NCBI GenBank assembly: GCA_965248435.1
Contig: OZ252100.1
Span: 3,776,001-3,840,000, forward strand
Length of the DNA: 64,000 nt
Source: Candidatus Latescibacterota bacterium
GTDB lineage: Bacteria; Latescibacterota; UBA2968; GCA-2709665
Reading direction: 5' to 3'
A program made the position numbers and the translations under genes. The stretch's first letter is position 1; each line of letters opens with the position of its first letter. The notes beneath the pieces were generated by a model that saw only the letters and a program-made list of their open reading frames with translations, did not search any database and was not told the origin of the DNA. Below, piece by piece: positions 59,420 through 64,000 of this stretch.

Positions 59420-60272
59420 GTGGCTGCCGAGGCATATCACTATCGCTCGGTCGAGGGCTGGGGTCTGGGTTCCGATGGACGGCAGATGGGCGGCGTCCTG
59501 CCCGACGTCGCCATCGATTCGGAAGATCGAGTCTACGTGACGCGTGCGCGACCCGCCGGCCATTCTGGTCTATGACTGCGAGGGTCGATACCTCACGTCC
59601 TTCGGCGAAATCGTCCTCTCCAATCCACACAACGTCTGGATCGATCCCGCCAATCGACTCTTCTGTGCGGACGTCGAGGACCACACCGTCCGCATCTTCG
59701 ACACAAAGGGCGAGCTCCTCCAGACGCTAGGCTCCCCGAACGAAACCGGCGCGCCCGGAGAGCCGTTCAACAAGCCGACGAAGGCCATGGCGGCGCCTTC
59801 CGGAGCCGTCTTCGTCTCCGATGGCTACGGCCAGCACCGCGTGCATCGATTCTCGCCGGACGGTGAGCTGCAGCTCTCCTGGGGCGAGGAAGGCACGGGA
59901 CCGGGCCAGTTTGCGTTGCCCCACGATGTCTGGGTCGATCCCCGCGATCGCGTCATGGTGACCGATCGGGAGAACGACCGTATTCAGCTCTTCGACGTCG
60001 AAGGTCGCTTTCTCGAAGCGTGGACGGACGTCGAATCGCCCAACGACATCCACATCGACGAAAACGGCATCGTCTACGTCGCCGAGGCACCACGACGCGT
60101 CAGTCTGTTCGACCTCGATGGCCGGCTTCTTGCCCGCTGGGGCGAAGAAGGCGACGGACCGGGTCAATACGTCGACCACCCGCACGGCATCTGCGTCGAC
60201 TCACACGGTGACATCTACGTCACCGAAGTCCCCTGGCAGCCCGACCGCCTCCAGAAGTTCACGCGCACCTGA
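59420..60272 (+). pseudogene. NHL-repeat protein (peptidyl-alpha-hydroxyglycine lyase-like), frameshifted near 59544
   Basis: GTG 59420 with AAGGAGG RBS gives ..EGWG..DVAIDSEDRVYVTR; continues in +1 frame as RDPPAILVYD..PH..; GPGQFALPH, SDGYG, DRENDRIQ. Confidence 0.75.
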
Positions 60273-60290
60273 TGATCCACGAGGCATCAC

Positions 60291-60488
60291 GTGAAGATCG
60301 CGGACATCGAAGTCATCCCGCTCCGCGTTCCCTGGAAGAACCGGGTACCGGGATAGGTAGATAGGTTACAGGGATCTTACGGTTTGGGGGCGACGCTGGG
60401 TCGCCCCGGGAAATCAAAACACGGGTACCGGGTACCGAAGAACCTGGAACGTCATCCAATTGCGGATTGCGGATATCCTGCACGTTAG
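60291..60488 (+). pseudogene. Enolase-superfamily N-terminal remnant interrupted by a family A repeat
   Basis: MKIADIEVIPLRVPW (compare MKIAKIEAIAINVPY at 31432), then repeat 60343-60436. Confidence 0.6.
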
Positions 60489-60507
60489 CAGTGCAGAAGA
60501 GCACACA

Positions 60508-60635
60508 ATGGCGAAGTATCGCGGCGGAGTGATTGGGCTGGGATGGATGGGGTTGCTCTACGATCTTGCGGACCGGATTCCGGACCGCTTCAACGTGGAC
60601 GACGTGGACAGGCCCACGCCCGAGCTTGACATCCA
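60508..60635 (+). pseudogene. Gfo/Idh/MocA-like N-terminal remnant
   Basis: MAKYRGGVIGLGWMG Rossmann start; runs into the 15-mer array, stop at 60699. Confidence 0.7.
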
Positions 60636-60725
60636 CGGAAGGCAGAACACGGGAAGGCAGAACACGGGGAAGCAGAACACGGGAAGGCAGAACACGTGAA
60701 GGCAGAACACGGGGAAGCAGAACAC
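60636..60725 (+). repeat. 6 x 15-bp tandem repeat (GGGAAGGCAGAACAC)
   Basis: Units at 60636, 60651, 60666, 60681, 60696, 60711. Confidence 0.95.
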
Positions 60726-60760
60726 CGCTACAGGGTATCGTAAAGGCCAAAACCGGAATT

Positions 60761-61153
60761 ATGGGAAATATGAAAGTGAGCAGCTATAAGGACCTGGAGG
60801 TATGGAACAAGGGTATCGGAATCGTGGATCACGTATATGATGTCACGTCTCAATTTCCGAAGGAAGAAACGTATGGCTTAGCGGCGCACATGCAAAAGAC
60901 GGCGATATCCGTACCATCGAACATTGCTGAAGGTCATGCTCGACAGCATACCAGAGAGTATCAGCAGTTCTGTCACATCGCGCTCGGTTCGTGTGCTGAA
61001 TTGGTGACACAGTTAACCATCGCAAAGCGACGAGGCTATATATCTGACGAAGACTTCGCGAAATTGGAGGACGAATTGGACCACGAGACTCGAATGCTCC
61101 AGAACCTGATTAGGAGTCTTAAGGATAAATCGAGCGAGGAATCTCAATCTTGA
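60761..61153 (+). CDS. Four helix bundle protein (TIGR02436 / 23S rRNA IVS protein / Avd-like)
   Basis: SYKDLEVW, FPKEETYGL, AISVPSNIAEG, F..IALGS.AE..TQL; visibly lower GC than neighbours. Confidence 0.92.
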   Translation: MGNMKVSSYKDLEVWNKGIGIVDHVYDVTSQFPKEETYGLAAHMQKTAISVPSNIAEGHARQHTREYQQFCHIALGSCAELVTQLTIAKRRGYISDEDFAKLEDELDHETRMLQNLIRSLKDKSSEESQS

Positions 61154-61172
61154 TATCAGGAGAAATGGTTTT

Positions 61173-61204
61173 TCGGACCCCGGACCCCGGTACCCGGTAC
61201 CCGA
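61173..61204 (-). repeat. Inverted heptamer array (family A, opposite strand)
   Basis: tcggaccccggaccccggtacccggtacccga. Confidence 0.85.
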
Positions 61205-61252
61205 GATCAGGCAACAGAGCACTTGTTCTCGGTGATGAGGAGGAGTAAACCT

Positions 61253-62782
61253 ATGAGGCTTCAAATTCCGGGCTCAGAACTGATCGTAAACATCGGAACT
61301 CAGAAGCAGCTGTTTGTTGACGACCACATTATCGAGACGACGCGGTGGATATCGCCGCGGTCTTCCGAGACGGCCAGATATTTGCAGCCACCTGCGCGGC
61401 CCAGAACCGACCTGGATGGCTGGAGCGAGGGCGTCGACCGGATCGAGGGCGATGTCCCGGGGCACCTCGTGAGGGCGACGGCGTTCGTGACCCGAACGGT
61501 GAATCAACCCGAGCGGGTCGAGGGCAATCCGATTTTCAAAAAGGCACAGCCCTGGGAGGGTGATGCGCCGTCGGCCTCCACCGTGATGTACGACGATGGG
61601 CTCTGGAAGATGTGGTACCTCAGCAAGAAACTACCCAGCCCGCCGCATCGATATTCCTGCCTATATGCCACATCTCAGGACGGAATCAGGTGGGAAAGGC
61701 CGGCGCTGGGCGTGGTGAAAGACGATGCGGGCAGGGACACGAACATCGTTCTGGAATCCGGGTGCGGGTCTGTCTTGAAGGATGAAGAGGCGGACCCCTC
61801 CCGGCGTTACAAACTCGCGCTCTCCAGGCGGTCGAAAGAGGGACTGCAGCACCCGATGCTCTACCATTCGCCCGACGGCATCCACTGGACACCGGACCCT
61901 GGGCCGTTCAGCCACAGCCGGGGAGACGAAGTCCTCTCGGTGATGTATGATCCTTTGAGCAAGAAGTACCTGGGGTTCTGCCGAAACGCCTACCCCAAGC
62001 CGGTGCTGGTTCACAGGACCGAGCGGTTCCTCCTCAGGATGCAGAGCAATGATCTGGTTCACTGGTCGATGTCTGAGCCCATCATCGAAAAGGACGACCT
62101 CGATCCGTTCGACTCCGATTTCTACGGCATGAGCGGCGTGTGCTACGAGGGCATGTACCTCGGTTTCGTGAATGTACACCATACGGCTCCCGACACGATG
62201 GATATATGGCTTGCCCACAGCAGAGACAGCTTCCGCTGGAAGCGGCTCCGGAGCCGGCCCTTTATGCCGAGGGGGCCCGAAGGGAGTTGGGAGGGAGGCA
62301 TGGTGATGATGTTTCAGGCACCGATACAGGTGGACGATGAAATCTGGGTCTACTACAGGGGGACCGACGGGTTCCACGATGCGCTGGAAAAGAACAGGTA
62401 TGTCGGGCTGGCAAAGCTGCGCCTGGATGGCTTCGTGTCTATCGACGCCTTTCCGAATGAACACAAGAAAAAACGTGCGATTCAACAGCCCGGAAAGAAT
62501 TTTCCGCCTACGCTTCTTACCAAACCCCTCCATTCACCGGGCAACCGCCTCGTTGTGAATGTGGATGCCTCTGAAGGGTTTATCGAGGCCGAGCTGTTGA
62601 ACGTTGACGGATACGTCATCGATGGATTTTCCAGCGAAGCGTGCGACACCTTTCATGGGGACAGTCTGGCGCACACGTTCATCTGGAATGGAAACTCGGA
62701 TATCGGGGGAGCCCTTCCGGCGAGGATCCGATTCTCGATGAATAACGCGAAGCTGTATGCGTTGCAGATTCCCAAAGAGTGA
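61253..62782 (+). CDS. Beta-propeller glycosidase-like protein
   Basis: KQLFVDD, SQDGIRWERP, SPDGIHW, LRLDGFVS. Confidence 0.72.
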   Translation: MRLQIPGSELIVNIGTQKQLFVDDHIIETTRWISPRSSETARYLQPPARPRTDLDGWSEGVDRIEGDVPGHLVRATAFVTRTVNQPERVEGNPIFKKAQPWEGDAPSASTVMYDDGLWKMWYLSKKLPSPPHRYSCLYATSQDGIRWERPALGVVKDDAGRDTNIVLESGCGSVLKDEEADPSRRYKLALSRRSKEGLQHPMLYHSPDGIHWTPDPGPFSHSRGDEVLSVMYDPLSKKYLGFCRNAYPKPVLVHRTERFLLRMQSNDLVHWSMSEPIIEKDDLDPFDSDFYGMSGVCYEGMYLGFVNVHHTAPDTMDIWLAHSRDSFRWKRLRSRPFMPRGPEGSWEGGMVMMFQAPIQVDDEIWVYYRGTDGFHDALEKNRYVGLAKLRLDGFVSIDAFPNEHKKKRAIQQPGKNFPPTLLTKPLHSPGNRLVVNVDASEGFIEAELLNVDGYVIDGFSSEACDTFHGDSLAHTFIWNGNSDIGGALPARIRFSMNNAKLYALQIPKE

Positions 62783-62785
62783 TGA

Positions 62786-62852
62786 CCGGGTACCGGGGTT
62801 CGGGTACCGGGTACCGTAAAACCGGGGATCGTGAATCGTGAATCGTGGATCG
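62786..62852 (+). repeat. Family A heptamers + TCGTGAA heptamers
   Basis: ccgggtaccggggttcgggtaccgggtaccg...gatcgtgaatcgtgaatcgtggatcg. Confidence 0.85.
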
Positions 62853-62973
62853 AAAAGCGGCTACAGAACGTGGCTAAGGGCCTCCAGACGGCGAAATTTG
62901 GCCCAATCTTGAGAATCAGGTACCTGAAATCAGGTATCAGGTCACTCGATTGGAAATGAGGGGGGTTACAGCA

Positions 62974-64000
62974 ATGAGGGTTCAGGTTCCAGGCTCAGAA
63001 AACGTCGTGAACATCGGCACGCGCAAGCAGCTGTTCGTGGACGACCACATCATCGAGACGACGCGGTGGATATCGCCCCGGTCTTCAGAAACCGCCCGAT
63101 GGGTACAACCTCCCGCGCGTCCACGGACAGACCTGGATGGATGGAGTGAAGGGGTGGACCGGATCGAGGAGGACATTCCGGGGCACCTGCTGAGGGCGAC
63201 GGCGTTCGTGACCCGAATCATCAACCAGCCCGAGCGCTACGAGGGCAATCCGATCATGAAGAAGGCCCACGACTGGGAGGGAGAGACGGCCCCGCATCCG
63301 AACGGCATCACCTACGACGAGGAGGACGAGATCTGGAAGATGTGGTACTGCGGCCTGACGCACGAGGATGAGGGCCGAAGGCACGTTTACAATTGTATGT
63401 ACGCGACTTCTCAGGATGGCATCACGTGGGACCGGCCGGAACTCGGCCTGGTGAAGGACAGCGCGGGAAACGACACGAACATCGTTCACGAGGGCAAGGC
63501 CCAATTCGCCTTCAAGGATCCGAGGGCCGGTGATCCTTCCAGGCAATACAAGATGGGGCGGTCGATGGCCTCGAAGGAGGGGCTGCAGCACCCGATGGTC
63601 TACTATTCACCGGACGGCCTCAACTGGACGCCGGACCCGGGGCCGTTCAGCCACAACCGGGGAGATGAAACCCTGTCTGTGATGTATGATCCCGAGAGTA
63701 AGAAGTACCTGGGATTTTGTCGCAACCGATATCCCAAGCCGACGCTTCGGCACCGGACGGAGCGGTCGCTCCTGAGGATCCAGAGCAACGACCTGGTCCA
63801 CTGGTCGATGTCGGAGCCGATTATGGACAAGGATCCGCTGGACCCCTTCGACACCGATTTTTACGGCATGAGGGGGACGTTCTACGAGAGCGTCTACCTC
63901 GGCTTCTTGAATGTCCATCACACCGCGAAAGACGATTTCGACATCTGGCTCGCTTACAGCAGAGACAGCTTCCACTGGGAGCGGCTCAGGACCGGGCCTT
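62974..64000 (+). CDS. Tandem paralogue of 61253..62782, truncated by window edge
   Basis: MRVQVPGSENVVNIGTRKQLFVDDHIIETTRWISPR; not listed in the ORF track because it has no stop in the window. Confidence 0.85.
   Translation, partial: MRVQVPGSENVVNIGTRKQLFVDDHIIETTRWISPRSSETARWVQPPARPRTDLDGWSEGVDRIEEDIPGHLLRATAFVTRIINQPERYEGNPIMKKAHDWEGETAPHPNGITYDEEDEIWKMWYCGLTHEDEGRRHVYNCMYATSQDGITWDRPELGLVKDSAGNDTNIVHEGKAQFAFKDPRAGDPSRQYKMGRSMASKEGLQHPMVYYSPDGLNWTPDPGPFSHNRGDETLSVMYDPESKKYLGFCRNRYPKPTLRHRTERSLLRIQSNDLVHWSMSEPIMDKDPLDPFDTDFYGMRGTFYESVYLGFLNVHHTAKDDFDIWLAYSRDSFHWERLRTGP

Noticed and set aside
60636-60725. CRISPR array or phase-variable fusion
   Set aside because: Contiguous 15-mers with no spacers and no cas genes; a 15-nt unit cannot change frame, and the Gfo remnant and four-helix gene are in different frames
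60533-60760. N-terminal extension of the four-helix protein given by the ORF track
   Set aside because: It is translated repeat and off-frame remnant sequence; the family domain starts at about 60761-60770
60761-61153. Diversity-generating retroelement (Avd-like gene)
   Set aside because: No reverse transcriptase in the window and no template/variable repeat pair with adenine-specific mismatches noticed
601-62852. Integron cassette array (repeat after each gene)
   Set aside because: Repeats lack attC RYYYAAC/GTTRRRY ends, no integrase is present, and many genes overlap or lack the repeat

Overview
GC-rich bacterial catabolic region. The gene content (DUF6785-type membrane proteins, many GHL10-like TIM barrels, PhyH, Gfo/Idh/MocA, sulfatases) resembles Latescibacterota/Poribacteria-type genomes; this is an inference. 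About 40 enzyme genes lie mostly on the + strand, many as tandem paralogue pairs or triplets. No transcription regulator, ABC transporter, rRNA, tRNA or CRISPR array was recognised. Mobile DNA comprises two near-identical ISL3 copies, one IS30, and ISL3-ended non-autonomous elements with a conserved structured interior; all the ISL3-ended elements sit in loops of REP-like hairpins. Almost every intergenic gap holds short, often nested repeats. The most striking signal is a dispersed GGGTACC-heptamer/15-mer repeat found just after stop codons (13 same-strand copies). Its 15-mer core occurs as a 6x tandem array directly upstream of a four-helix-bundle (TIGR02436/Avd-like) gene, which is followed by inverted heptamers and replaces the body of a truncated oxidoreductase gene. 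This is a candidate undescribed mobile/repeat system. Other points: an ATT start codon, GH36-like enzymes with Glu at both catalytic Asp positions, a Thr-type sulfatase homologue, an SHMT homologue lacking folate-site motifs, and several gene remnants.
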